Position numbers and translations under genes: made by a program. DNA of 54,313 nucleotides from Candidatus Acutalibacter pullistercoris (lineage in GTDB: Bacteria > Bacillota > Clostridia > Oscillospirales > Acutalibacteraceae), in contig DXDU01000068.1 in the NCBI GenBank assembly GCA_019115285.1, forward strand, positions 1-54,313, read 5' to 3'. Numbering within the stretch: the first letter of the stretch is position 1; each line of letters starts with the position of its first letter. The notes beneath the pieces are model-generated. The model saw nothing but the letters and a program-made list of their open reading frames with translations, did not search any database and was not told the origin of the DNA. Below are positions 9,508-18,424 of this stretch, one piece after another.

Positions 9508-10377
9508 TCACAGCGCCTCCTTTGCCTGGGGAATGTCCCGAAGGATATCTTTGAGGGAATCCAGTGCCAGCTTCCAGGCGGACTTGCCGTCTAGGGCGGA
9601 GCCCCGCTTCTGGGGGTCCTGTTCCAGGGCGGCCAGGCCCATAAAGTCGGTGAGGTGGGGCTCCAGGGACAGGAAGCCCTTGTACCCCCCGGCGATCAGG
9701 TCGGAGAGGATCTCTTTTACATGCCCGTCCCCCTGCCCCGGGGGCACTACCGAGCCGTCGGCGAACAGGGCGTCCTTGACGTGGACGTAGGCGAGATAGG
9801 GCTTGAGCATCTCGTAGGCGGGCAGGGTCTCCTGGCCCACCTGGACGAAGTTGGCGAAGTCGAACACCCCCTGGTAGTGGGGGCCGTAGAACTGGTCCAG
9901 CAAGTCCTTGCACCGGGGTGCATTGTCCCCGTAGATGCCCTTCTCGTTCTCGTGGAGCAGCACGCTGTTCCAGGCCTTGGCCTCCTCCACCATGCGGCCG
10001 GTGCGGTCCAGCACTTCCTCGCGATAGAGGGCCGGGTCCTCCCCCTGGGGCAGGTAGAAGCTGAACATCCGCAGGTAGGGCGCCCCCAGCTCCTTTTGGA
10101 TTTCCAGGGTGCGCTTGAGTTTCTCCAGGTGGGGGGCGAAGTCGTCCCCAATGCCGATCTTCCCAATGGGGGAGCCGATGGAGGACACCCCCACCCCGGC
10201 GGCGGCCAGTTTCCCCTTTACCTCTTTCACTTTCTCCGGGGTGAAGTCGGAGACGTTGACGCCGTCGGCGGCCCGCAGCTCGATGTGGGTCAGGCCCAAC
10301 TGGGTCACCGCTTCCAGCTGTTTGTCAAATACCGGGGCGATCTCATCGGCAAACCCGGACAGTACCAGATGTTCCAT
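9508..10377 (-). CDS. Sugar phosphate isomerase/epimerase (xylose isomerase-like TIM barrel)
   Basis: Motifs SGFADEI, LLHENEKGIYG, FDFANFVQ, YVHVKDA and LSLEPHL. Confidence 0.88.
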   Translation of the reverse strand: MEHLVLSGFADEIAPVFDKQLEAVTQLGLTHIELRAADGVNVSDFTPEKVKEVKGKLAAAGVGVSSIGSPIGKIGIGDDFAPHLEKLKRTLEIQKELGAPYLRMFSFYLPQGEDPALYREEVLDRTGRMVEEAKAWNSVLLHENEKGIYGDNAPRCKDLLDQFYGPHYQGVFDFANFVQVGQETLPAYEMLKPYLAYVHVKDALFADGSVVPPGQGDGHVKEILSDLIAGGYKGFLSLEPHLTDFMGLAALEQDPQKRGSALDGKSAWKLALDSLKDILRDIPQAKEAL

Positions 10378-10386
10378 AAGTCCTCC

Positions 10387-11541
10387 TCAATAGGTGCCTT
10401 CTGTGGAGAAGGTGATGTCTTTGCTCTCTTTTTTCCGGGAGGTGGCCCGGCGGCGGTTCAGCTCCGCGAGGAACAGGTCCTCGTCGAAGGGAATGTCCAC
10501 AGGCTTTCCCAGCCAGCTGGAAAGGTGCATGGCGTTAGAAAGGGTCAGGCCGCGGATGCCCTCTTTCCCGTCGGCCACCAGGGGCGTGCCGTGGAGGATG
10601 GCCCCGGCGAAGGCATTGAGGACCCCCACGTGCTGGGGGTTCTCCCCGTCGGTCTCCACGGGGATCTCCTCGCAGCCGGGCTGGGCGAATCCTTCGGCAG
10701 CCGTGCGGCAGAACTCCCGCTCATCCTCAGAGAGCTTCCAGAAGGTGAGGGTGTCGTTCTCGCACACCAGCTTGCCCCGGGTGCCGGTGACCTCGAACCG
10801 GTTGGTGCCGGGGGCGTCCCCGGTGGTGGTGACGAACACCCCAGTGGCGCCGTTTTCAAACTGCAAATAGGCGGTGACATCGTCCTCCACCTCGATGTCG
10901 TGCCACTTGCCCTCCAGGCAAAAGGCCTGGACGGTCTTGGGCAGGCCGCAGATCCACTGCAAAAGGTCCAGCTGGTGGGGGCACTGGTTTAAAAGCACGC
11001 CGCCCCCTTCCCCTTCCCAGGTGGCCCGCCAGTCCCCGGAGTCGTAATAGATCTGGGTGCGGTACCAGTTGGTGATGATCCAGTTGACCCGCTTTAAGTC
11101 CCCCAGCTCGCCCCCCTGCACCATCTCCCGCATTTTCCGGTAGACGCAGTTGGTGCGCTGGTTGAACATCATCCCGAAGACCCTGCCGCTCTTCTCGGCG
11201 GCCTCGTTCATCTCCCGCACGGCCTTGGTGTAGACCCCGGCAGGCTTTTCGCACATGACGTGCAGCCCCGCGGCGAAGGCCTCCTTGGCCAGCACCGGGT
11301 GCTGGTAGTGGGGAGTGGCGATGAGCACCGCGTCGCACACACCGGATGCAATGAGCTCGCTGCCCTCCTCAAAGATCTGTACCGTGTCCGGCACGGTGTC
11401 CTTGGCCCAGTTCCGGCGGGACTCCTTCCGGTCCGCCACAGCGGTCAGGGCGATTTCCGGGCACTTGCCCGCCAAAATGTTCTGCACGTGGCCGGAACCC
11501 ATGTTCCCCACGCCGATGATGCCGAGACGTACTTTTTCCAT
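10387..11541 (-). CDS. Gfo/Idh/MocA family oxidoreductase
   Basis: Motifs GIIGVGNMG, HVMCEKP and GGGVLLNQCPHQLD. Confidence 0.9.
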   Translation of the reverse strand: MEKVRLGIIGVGNMGSGHVQNILAGKCPEIALTAVADRKESRRNWAKDTVPDTVQIFEEGSELIASGVCDAVLIATPHYQHPVLAKEAFAAGLHVMCEKPAGVYTKAVREMNEAAEKSGRVFGMMFNQRTNCVYRKMREMVQGGELGDLKRVNWIITNWYRTQIYYDSGDWRATWEGEGGGVLLNQCPHQLDLLQWICGLPKTVQAFCLEGKWHDIEVEDDVTAYLQFENGATGVFVTTTGDAPGTNRFEVTGTRGKLVCENDTLTFWKLSEDEREFCRTAAEGFAQPGCEEIPVETDGENPQHVGVLNAFAGAILHGTPLVADGKEGIRGLTLSNAMHLSSWLGKPVDIPFDEDLFLAELNRRRATSRKKESKDITFSTEGTY

Positions 11542-11598
11542 ATTGGTACTCCTTTCAAATCCATCATTCTATTATGATAAGCTGTTTTGATATTCCGA

Positions 11599-12054
11599 TC
11601 ATTCATGGTGGACATAAAGCCTGGTGAGCCCCGGCTCTCCATCCCCCTGAACCATACAGTAAAATTCCCAGCCGTAGCGCTCGTAAAAGGAGGTATGATC
11701 CGTCACCAGATACAAAGTGGGGATGCCAAGCTCCTTCATGTCCCGGCAGACCAGTCCCAGCAGTGCTCCGGCGATTCCTTGGCAACGCCGGTCCTCCTCT
11801 GTGTAAACGGCGCACACGTTGGGGGCAAGGTCTTTCCTGTGGTGGAAGTCGTTCTCAATGACCCCCATGCCGCCCACGATCCTTTCCCCGTCCAGGGCAA
11901 GATACCACTGGGGTACTGGGCCCTTTCCGGTCAGGCAGTCCTCCATGCTCTCCCGATAAGCTTCCATCGGGACCCCCCACTTCTGGTGAAACCAAGCGGC
12001 CGCCTTCTGGAGCATATCCGGTTTGTCTCGCAGAGGTACCAAACTGTATTCCAT
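11599..12054 (-). CDS. GNAT family N-acetyltransferase
   Basis: Acetyl-CoA motif VYTEEDRRCQGIAGALL and FYERYGW; GAGGAGGA RBS. Confidence 0.85.
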   Translation of the reverse strand: MEYSLVPLRDKPDMLQKAAAWFHQKWGVPMEAYRESMEDCLTGKGPVPQWYLALDGERIVGGMGVIENDFHHRKDLAPNVCAVYTEEDRRCQGIAGALLGLVCRDMKELGIPTLYLVTDHTSFYERYGWEFYCMVQGDGEPGLTRLYVHHE

Positions 12055-12070
12055 ATATGTTTATTCCTCC

Positions 12071-12418
12071 TCAGTCCCAGGGCAGCCGGACCGGGGTCTC
12101 TCCCACGGGGAAGTAGCCCACGAAGGCCACCAGGGCGATCACCGCGCCCACGCAAAGGACGCTCAGCGCCAGGCCGGGCCAGAATTTCCCCAGCCGCTTG
12201 TCCATGTCGTGGTAGAACTTGGCGTAGATCCCAAACTGGACGAAGATAACAAAAAGCCGCAGGGGGTGCGTCCAAAAGGACAGGGTCACCCAGGAGAGCA
12301 GGTACTGCAGCAGGGTAAACAGCAGACACTCGAAGATCACGTCCAGGACAAGGGCCCACTTTTTCTGGGGCCGCTCTGGGGCGGCTGAGGGCTGCTTGTT
12401 TTCCGGGAACTCACTCAT
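12071..12418 (-). CDS. Hypothetical membrane protein (about 3 TM)
   Basis: Three hydrophobic segments; ATG at 12418 follows AAGGAG. Confidence 0.7.
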   Translation of the reverse strand: MSEFPENKQPSAAPERPQKKWALVLDVIFECLLFTLLQYLLSWVTLSFWTHPLRLFVIFVQFGIYAKFYHDMDKRLGKFWPGLALSVLCVGAVIALVAFVGYFPVGETPVRLPWD

Positions 12419-12466
12419 GGGCAGCTCCTTTCTCCTCTTTTGGAACGGCAAGCCGCTTTACGCGGC

Positions 12467-13228
12467 TTAGTTGTACCCCAGGCCGTGGAGGTAGTCGAAG
12501 CTCTTCTGCAGGCACACGAAGGGGCTCTCCTGGCACACGTCCTGCTCCACCAGGATGTATTTGGTCTTGCCGGTCTTTTCCAGGGTTTGGAGAATTTTCT
12601 CCCAGGGCAGGTTGCCCTCGCCCACAGGGGCCATGATGGGCTCCCAGCCCTTGACGGCCATGTCCTTGAAGTGGACGCAGGGGATGCGGTCCCCCAGCTT
12701 CTCCATCCAGGCGCACACGTCGGCGCCGCCCATCTGCACCCAGTAGGTGTCGAGGGTGAAGCCCAGCTCGTCCGGGGAGAAGCTCTCCAGCAGGGTGTCG
12801 ATGACCAGTTTCCCATCGAACTTCTGGAACTCGATGTTGTGGTTGTGGTACATCAAGAGCTTCCCCGCGGCGGCGATCTTTTTGGCGGGCTCCTTGTAAT
12901 CCTTCGCGAAGTGGCACAGCCACTCGGGGGTGGCGTACTTTTTCGGCATCATGCCAATGCCGATGTAGTCGCAGCCCATGATCTCGTGCTCTTTGATGAC
13001 GGCCTCGGTGTCGTTTAAAATCCGGTCCGGGTTCCAGTGGGTGAGGACGATCTTCAGCCCGTGCTTGTCGCACAGCTCCCGCAGCTTTTCCGCGGGGATG
13101 GGCCCCACGGCGGAGAGCTGCACGGTCTTGTAACCCATTTTTGCCACCTCTCCCAGGGAGAAGTCCAAATCCTGTTCCGTCTGGGTGTAGTCCCGCAGGG
13201 TAAACATCTGGGCGCCCAGTTCCATCAT
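12467..13228 (-). CDS. Sugar phosphate isomerase/epimerase (IolE/TIM-barrel-like)
   Basis: Motifs LGAQMFTLRD, YHNHNIEF, TLDTYWVQ, HFKD and VEQD; GGAGGT RBS. Start could alternatively be 13234 or 13225. Confidence 0.88.
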   Translation of the reverse strand: MMELGAQMFTLRDYTQTEQDLDFSLGEVAKMGYKTVQLSAVGPIPAEKLRELCDKHGLKIVLTHWNPDRILNDTEAVIKEHEIMGCDYIGIGMMPKKYATPEWLCHFAKDYKEPAKKIAAAGKLLMYHNHNIEFQKFDGKLVIDTLLESFSPDELGFTLDTYWVQMGGADVCAWMEKLGDRIPCVHFKDMAVKGWEPIMAPVGEGNLPWEKILQTLEKTGKTKYILVEQDVCQESPFVCLQKSFDYLHGLGYN

Positions 13229-13327
13229 AAACACATACCTCCCAAAAACGCCGGGGACCGGCGCGGTTTCTTTGTACTAAGTATAGCAGTTCCTGGGAAA
13301 AATTCCATAGCTCCAGGGACATTTGGG

Positions 13328-13358
13328 CAAAAAAAGGAGCCGCCCGAGGGCGGCTCCC
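13328..13358 (-). terminator. Intrinsic terminator after the PPC-domain gene
   Basis: GGAGCCGCCC/GGGCGGCTCC stem followed by a T-run on the minus strand. Confidence 0.7.
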
Positions 13359-13369
13359 CTTGCACGCGC

Positions 13370-13789
13370 TTAAAACTGGAACAGATTCAGCCCCACGTCC
13401 GGGTCCCGGCGGCGGTCTACCCGGCCCTGAATCTGGGTGACCACCAGCTCTCCCGTGGCGCTGATGACCGCCCGGTTCAGGTGGCCGCCCACCACCAGGC
13501 CGTCCTCGCCGGCGGCGCTCATGTGCAGGTGGCAGTAGAACTCCCCGCCCATGGTATTGATGGTCCCCGTCAGGGACACGATCTCATAGGTGCCCCGGTA
13601 CTCCCTGGGGAGGAACTGCTTCTTCTCCAGGTCGTAGACCCCGGCGGTAAACTGGCTTACCGCCCCCAGCCCCTGGACGTTTGCCAGCAGCAGGTGTTCC
13701 CGCTGGGCCAGGGCCCTCATCTGCTCGGTAATCTCCTCCCCCGGGTCCAGCCGGACCACCAGGGTGTCCCCAAAACGTCTGTATTCCAT
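13370..13789 (-). CDS. PPC domain (DUF296) protein
   Basis: Motifs VRLDPGEEI, EIVSLTGTI, HLHMS and GGHL. Confidence 0.88.
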   Translation of the reverse strand: MEYRRFGDTLVVRLDPGEEITEQMRALAQREHLLLANVQGLGAVSQFTAGVYDLEKKQFLPREYRGTYEIVSLTGTINTMGGEFYCHLHMSAAGEDGLVVGGHLNRAVISATGELVVTQIQGRVDRRRDPDVGLNLFQF

Positions 13790-13793
13790 AGCC

Positions 13794-14819
13794 TCACTCC
13801 TGGACGTTGATGATGACTTTCATGGTGGACTCCCGGTTGTCGTCGATGTACCGGTAGGCCTCCAGGTAGTCTTTAAACGCGAAGTGCTTGGAGATCAGGG
13901 GTTTGAGCTGCACCTTGCCCTCTTCTACCAGGTCGATGGCGGTGAGGTAGTCCTCGCTGCGGTACATCATGGAGGTGTTCAGGTCCAGCTCGTGGTCGTT
14001 GAGCACTGCCAGGTCCACGTCCCCCCGGGTGGCGAACACCGCCACCAGGATGATGGTGCTGCCCTTTCTGGCGTACTGGATGGCCTGGCCCATGGTCACG
14101 TTGTTGCCGGCGCAGTCGTAGATCACGTCGGCCTTGTCCGGGCCGAAGCAGGCCACAAACTCCGTGCCGAAGTCCTTCTCCCGGGTGTTGACGCACACAT
14201 CGGCCCCGCACTCTTTGGCTTTTTGCAGCCGCAGGTCGGACACATCGGTGACCATGACCTTTCTGGCTCCCAGGCCCTTGGCCACCTGGGCCACCAGAAT
14301 GCCTATGGGCCCGGCCCCCAGCACGCAGATGTCCTTATCCCGCACGTCCCCGGCCCGGCGCACCGCGTGGACCGCCACGGCCAAAGGCTCGATCATGGCC
14401 CCCTCGTCCAGAGACATGGTCTCGGGCAGGGGGGTGACTTTCTCCTCGTCTACGGCGAAGTAGTGGGAGGCCACCCCGGTGGTCTGGAAGCCCATGACCT
14501 TCAGCTCCTCGCACAGGTTGTACTTGCCGTTGCGGCAGGGCCAGCACTTGCCGCACACCACCTGGGGCTGGATGGTCACCTTCTGGCCCAGGGAAAAGCC
14601 GGTGACCCCCTCCCCCAGCTGCTCCACGGTGCCGGAGACCTCATGCCCCTGGGTGATGGGGTATTTGGTAAAGGGGTGCTCCCCGTGGTACACGTGGATG
14701 TCCGACCCGCACACCCCGATCCTCTCGATCTTCACCAGCACCTGGCCGGGGCCGGGCTGGGGCACGGGCACTTCCCGAAATTCAATGACGCCAGGGGCGG
14801 TCATCACTTGCTGCAGCAT
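13794..14819 (-). CDS. Zinc-dependent alcohol/polyol dehydrogenase (MDR family)
   Basis: Motifs GVCGSDIH, GHEVSG, CGKCWPC..C and GAGPIG. True start is MLQQVMTAPG, after GAGGAGG. Confidence 0.9.
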   Translation of the reverse strand: MLQQVMTAPGVIEFREVPVPQPGPGQVLVKIERIGVCGSDIHVYHGEHPFTKYPITQGHEVSGTVEQLGEGVTGFSLGQKVTIQPQVVCGKCWPCRNGKYNLCEELKVMGFQTTGVASHYFAVDEEKVTPLPETMSLDEGAMIEPLAVAVHAVRRAGDVRDKDICVLGAGPIGILVAQVAKGLGARKVMVTDVSDLRLQKAKECGADVCVNTREKDFGTEFVACFGPDKADVIYDCAGNNVTMGQAIQYARKGSTIILVAVFATRGDVDLAVLNDHELDLNTSMMYRSEDYLTAIDLVEEGKVQLKPLISKHFAFKDYLEAYRYIDDNRESTMKVIINVQE

Positions 14820-15318
14820 AACGCATCCTCCTCGCAGGTTTTTTGCTGCTTTCAGTGTACCACATCTCCCCCCAAAAGAAAAGTGCCAACCGCCGCCCGG
14901 GGCCCGGGAAAATCCCGAAAAACCCCATGGACGCCCCCTTTTGAAAGGCGCACAAGCAAGGCAGAAAGAGAACCGTTTCCACCCCTGGGAAAAGAGGCCC
15001 TTTGGGAAGCGATTGGCCCCCATCGCCGCCTTTCCCCACCGGTTCTCCCCGGAGGACCTGACCCGGAATACCGCTTGACCATCCGATGGAACGAGACCTG
15101 GGCTTTGGGGCGCACTACCGGGCGGAGCGCCTGTACCAGGGAAAGCGGCAGGCATTGTACGACTTCCGGCCCTGTCCCGCCCTCGTCAACACCGTATCCG
15201 CTATGGGCAGCACTACCTGCAAGTGCCCCCTGCCCCCTGGCGGGGCTTTTTCCCCTTCTTTTTCCCCCGCCCCCCGCATATAGAGTAAAAGCATTCTGTG
15301 TGGAAAGGGGAATTCGCC

Positions 15319-16326
15319 ATGGCCTCCCTCTCGTATTTCGCCGAATCCCTGGGCCCAGAGCCCACCTCCTTTGTCGCCTCCAACACAGGGGGACTGGGCC
15401 GGTTCGTGTCCCTCTCCGGCTGGCCCGCCCCGGCGGCGGCCGGGGTCCTGTCCCACCTGCTGCGCCAAGGGGAACTGCGGGGGCTGGAGAGCCACAGTCT
15501 CCTCCACCCCCTGGACGGCTCCCTGCAAGGGGTGGTGTTCCCCCAGGTCTCCGCCGGGGCCTACAGCTTTGGCCCCTTCGACCCCCAGGTCCGCAGCGCC
15601 CTGGCCCTGTTCCCCCACCCGGACCTGCTGGGGGCCAGGGCCAGGCTGGCCGCCGCCCGGCGGACGTTCTCCCGGGCCAAGGCCTTTCACGACAGCCAGG
15701 AGAAGCTCTACGGCAAGCACATGGACTGGCGCGCTGCGGACCAGGCCGCCCAGGAACTGCTCCGCCGGCTGCTGGGGGGCAGGAAGCAGGAGGGCCCGGG
15801 GCGGGAAGTCCACCGGTTTTTCGGGGCGGCCCTGCCCCAGGGGGCCGTGGACTGCGTGCCCCAGCTCACCCAGGACCTGAACTGCCGGGTGCTGCTCAAG
15901 GGCCGGCCGGGGACGGGGAAGTCCACCCTGCTGAAAAAGATAGCCCGGGCCGCCAAAGAGGCGGGCTTCGCCGTGGAGCTCTACCACTGCTCCCTGGACC
16001 CCAAGAGCCTGGACCTGGTGGTGGTCCGGGAGCTCTCCTGGTGCGTGCTGGACAGCACCGCCCCCCACGAGTACTTCCCAGAGCGCCCGGGGGATCAGGT
16101 CCTGGACCTGTACCAGCGCTGCGTAGAGCCCGGCACCGACCAGGCCTGGGCCGGGGAGCTCTCCCACCTGGAGGACGCTTACCGGTCCCTGGTCAAGGCC
16201 GCCCGGGGCTTTCTGGAGGAGGCAAGGGAGTCTCTGGAGAAGTTTTACCAGTCCCTGCCCCAGCCGGACCCGGCCCAGCTGGACCAGGCCAAAGAGGAGC
16301 TGTGCGCCGCCCTGCTCCCCCGGTGA
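15319..16326 (+). CDS. PRK06851-like P-loop ATPase
   Basis: C-terminal half has RFFGAALPQG, LKGRPGTGKSTLLKK, YHCSLDPKSLD and DSTAPH. The N-terminal repeat is degenerate. Confidence 0.75.
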   Translation: MASLSYFAESLGPEPTSFVASNTGGLGRFVSLSGWPAPAAAGVLSHLLRQGELRGLESHSLLHPLDGSLQGVVFPQVSAGAYSFGPFDPQVRSALALFPHPDLLGARARLAAARRTFSRAKAFHDSQEKLYGKHMDWRAADQAAQELLRRLLGGRKQEGPGREVHRFFGAALPQGAVDCVPQLTQDLNCRVLLKGRPGTGKSTLLKKIARAAKEAGFAVELYHCSLDPKSLDLVVVRELSWCVLDSTAPHEYFPERPGDQVLDLYQRCVEPGTDQAWAGELSHLEDAYRSLVKAARGFLEEARESLEKFYQSLPQPDPAQLDQAKEELCAALLPR

Positions 16327-16327
16327 C

Positions 16328-16376
16328 AAAAAGAGCCGTCCCCTCTCCCGCCTTGGGAAAGGGAACGGCTCTTTTT
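16328..16376. terminator. Bidirectional terminator shared by the ATPase and the terminase operon
   Basis: AAAAAGAGCCGTCCCCTCTCCC...GGGAAAGGGAACGGCTCTTTTT abuts the terL stop codon. Confidence 0.75.
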
Positions 16377-17767
16377 CAGCTTCTGGTGACAGTGAGGGCG
16401 GGGAAGGCCCCGGCAGGTTCCGCCCAGCCCCCCTGCTCCCGGACCTCCAACGCGATACCTATGGCCATGACGCAGTCGTCGTGGGCCCCGGACTCCGCCT
16501 CCGGCCGGCCCCGGGCGTTTCTCACAAAGGTGAGCATCTCCTCCAGGGTGTCCCTGTCCCGGAGCAGTTCCGGCGTTTGCCGGACAAAGGCGGCAAGCCG
16601 CCCCAATAGCAGGGGCCGGTTGCCGCTGGTGGTGAGAAACCCCAGCTTCCCCCGGGAGGCGCCCTCCTCCCGGCGGCGGTAGAGGAAGGGGTACCCCAGC
16701 CGCTCCAACTCCCGGGCCGGGTAGGTGGAGAAGTTCACCTCCACCGCCACCAGGGCGTCATGGTAGTGACGGCCCAGGCAGTACACCTGCCGGGCGAACA
16801 GGTCCTCCTCCAGCCGCCCCCGGAGCACGCACACCTGCTCCCCGGTGACGGCGCTGACCACCTGGGCCACCCCGTAGTCCGAGCCCTCCCCCGCCGTGTC
16901 CACCCCCACCAGGTACCGGCCGCCGGGCTCCGGCCTCTTGTAGACCTTCACCGGCCCGCTGCCCGGCACCCACTCGGGGAGGGAATCCGGGTCCCCGTTC
17001 CAGACGAACTCCCCCTGGTCCAGGGGTGGGTCCAGCTCCCCCAGCCGTTTTGTGACGGCTTTCTGGTCAAAGTAGCTCTGTCCCAGCACGCCCCACTCCC
17101 CCAGGCAGTACACCCCGTAGTAGTAGGGGTCCGTGTCCTTGTAGCTCTCCAGGGTGGCGGCGTAGTCCGGGTCCAGAAAGTCGTTGTCCCGGTAGGTGGA
17201 GCGCAGCACCAGGGCCCGGGGGTCCTCCCGGTCGAAGAACCTGCGCTTCAGCCAGTGGACGGCGCTGACCGGGTTAAAGGTGAGCACCATCTGCTTCCGG
17301 CTGTTCCCTCCCCGCAGGCGCACATCCAGCTGATTGAAGTCCGCCTCCTGGATCTGGGAGGCCTCCTCCACCCACACGTCCGTCAGCTCCCCCCGGGGAA
17401 AGGTGAGGGACTTGAGCTGTTCCCGGTCACCCAGGCCCCGGAACACCACGGAATTCCCGTTGGTGCACAAGATCCTGGGCTCAGTCTCCCTGCAGGTGAA
17501 CAGGTCCTCCAAGCCCCACTGGCGGATGACCTGGCGGAACAGGGCGTAGGTGCTGTCCCGGTGGGTGTTGGCCGCCGCCCGCACCACCAGCAGGTCGCAC
17601 AAGGGCTTTGCCAGCAGCCGGTAGAGAAACCGCTGGGCGGCGAAGAAGCTCTTCCCCGACCCTGCCCCACCGCAGAGCACCAGGTACCGGTGGTCCTCCT
17701 CCAGCAGCAGGGGCCGGAACTTCCTGTTGAAGTCCTTCCAGGGAAGGCGCACCCTGCGCTCAGTCAT
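16376..17767 (-). CDS. terL: Phage terminase large subunit (PBSX-type ATPase domain plus RNase H-like nuclease domain)
   Basis: Walker A GGAGSGKS, Walker B VWVEE, motif C LTFNP, STYRDN and LGEWG; nuclease motifs VGVDTAGEGSD, AVEVN and HDDCVMA. Confidence 0.92.
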   Translation of the reverse strand: MTERRVRLPWKDFNRKFRPLLLEEDHRYLVLCGGAGSGKSFFAAQRFLYRLLAKPLCDLLVVRAAANTHRDSTYALFRQVIRQWGLEDLFTCRETEPRILCTNGNSVVFRGLGDREQLKSLTFPRGELTDVWVEEASQIQEADFNQLDVRLRGGNSRKQMVLTFNPVSAVHWLKRRFFDREDPRALVLRSTYRDNDFLDPDYAATLESYKDTDPYYYGVYCLGEWGVLGQSYFDQKAVTKRLGELDPPLDQGEFVWNGDPDSLPEWVPGSGPVKVYKRPEPGGRYLVGVDTAGEGSDYGVAQVVSAVTGEQVCVLRGRLEEDLFARQVYCLGRHYHDALVAVEVNFSTYPARELERLGYPFLYRRREEGASRGKLGFLTTSGNRPLLLGRLAAFVRQTPELLRDRDTLEEMLTFVRNARGRPEAESGAHDDCVMAIGIALEVREQGGWAEPAGAFPALTVTRS

Positions 17768-18095
17768 CGGGGCTCCCCGTTAGCTCCACCAGGATCTTCC
17801 CCGCCCCCTGGGGCTTTTCCCGGCCCCCGTAGCCAAAGTCCCGCTGCAAAATGAACTTGGCCCCAGCGGAGGTCTCCTTCTGGTACACCGCCTGAAGGTT
17901 CTCCTCCTCCACCCGGGACATGGCCTGGCGGAGCAGTTCCCCCTCCCAGCCGGGCCCCGCCGCCCGGCGGTCCAGCTCCTTCCTGCCCTCCATGCCCAGG
18001 AACAGGGCAAGGCCCGTCAGGGTGGCCCGGGGGCCCTCTCCCCCGCAGGCCAGAAAATACCGGCGGATCTCCTCCTTCAGCTCCTCCCGCTCCAC
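17760..18095 (-). CDS. terS: Probable terminase small subunit (DNA-packaging protein gp3-like)
   Basis: TLTGLALFLG..R..L, A..RVEE and GAKFIL..FGY pattern typical of gp3-like small subunits. GTG start follows AAGGAGG. Overlaps the terL start (ATGACTGA). Confidence 0.7.
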   Translation of the reverse strand: MEREELKEEIRRYFLACGGEGPRATLTGLALFLGMEGRKELDRRAAGPGWEGELLRQAMSRVEEENLQAVYQKETSAGAKFILQRDFGYGGREKPQGAGKILVELTGSPDD

Positions 18096-18331
18096 AGGCA
18101 GGCCTCCTTCCCCTGTCTTCGGTCCCTGTCCCTTCTGGCGAACAGGATCTGGTTGTGTCGCTGCTCCAGGTACATGGTGTACAGCATGCTGTTCTCCCGC
18201 TTCCACCGCAGCAGCTCTCCCGGGGGAGGCAGCTCCCGGCGGCGCTGGGCCAGCCTCTCCCGCAGGGCCTGGCACTCCCGCCGGGCGGCCTGCTCCATCT
18301 CTCCATAGTCGAACTCCTCTCGCGCGACCAT
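18077..18331 (-). CDS. Hypothetical 84-aa basic helical protein, first gene of the terminase operon
   Basis: ATG follows GGGAGGGG. Overlaps the terS start and lies directly behind the leftward promoter. Confidence 0.65.
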   Translation of the reverse strand: MVAREEFDYGEMEQAARRECQALRERLAQRRRELPPPGELLRWKRENSMLYTMYLEQRHNQILFARRDRDRRQGKEACLWSGRS

Positions 18332-18395
18332 AACGTCCCCTCCCTTTATTGACAACTTTTTTAAACAAAGATGGCGTTTTGTCATCTCGTTTTTT

Positions 18396-18424
18396 ATTAT
18401 AGCGGCGAATTGTCATTTCGTCAA
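18396..18424 (-). promoter_or_regulatory. Leftward sigma-A promoter (terminase operon)
   Basis: TTGACG (rc of 18419-18424), 17 bp, TATAAT (rc of 18396-18401). Confidence 0.75.

Noticed and set aside
15270-15295. Possible sporulation sigma (sigma-E/K) CATA -10 element upstream of the ATPase
   Set aside because: The match is short and lacks a convincing -35 element, so it is not supportable by eye.
13764-16682. 972-aa plus-strand ORF
   Set aside because: It is antisense to the dehydrogenase and out of frame with the ATPase. The low-complexity G/P/R sequence is typical of shadow ORFs in high-GC DNA.
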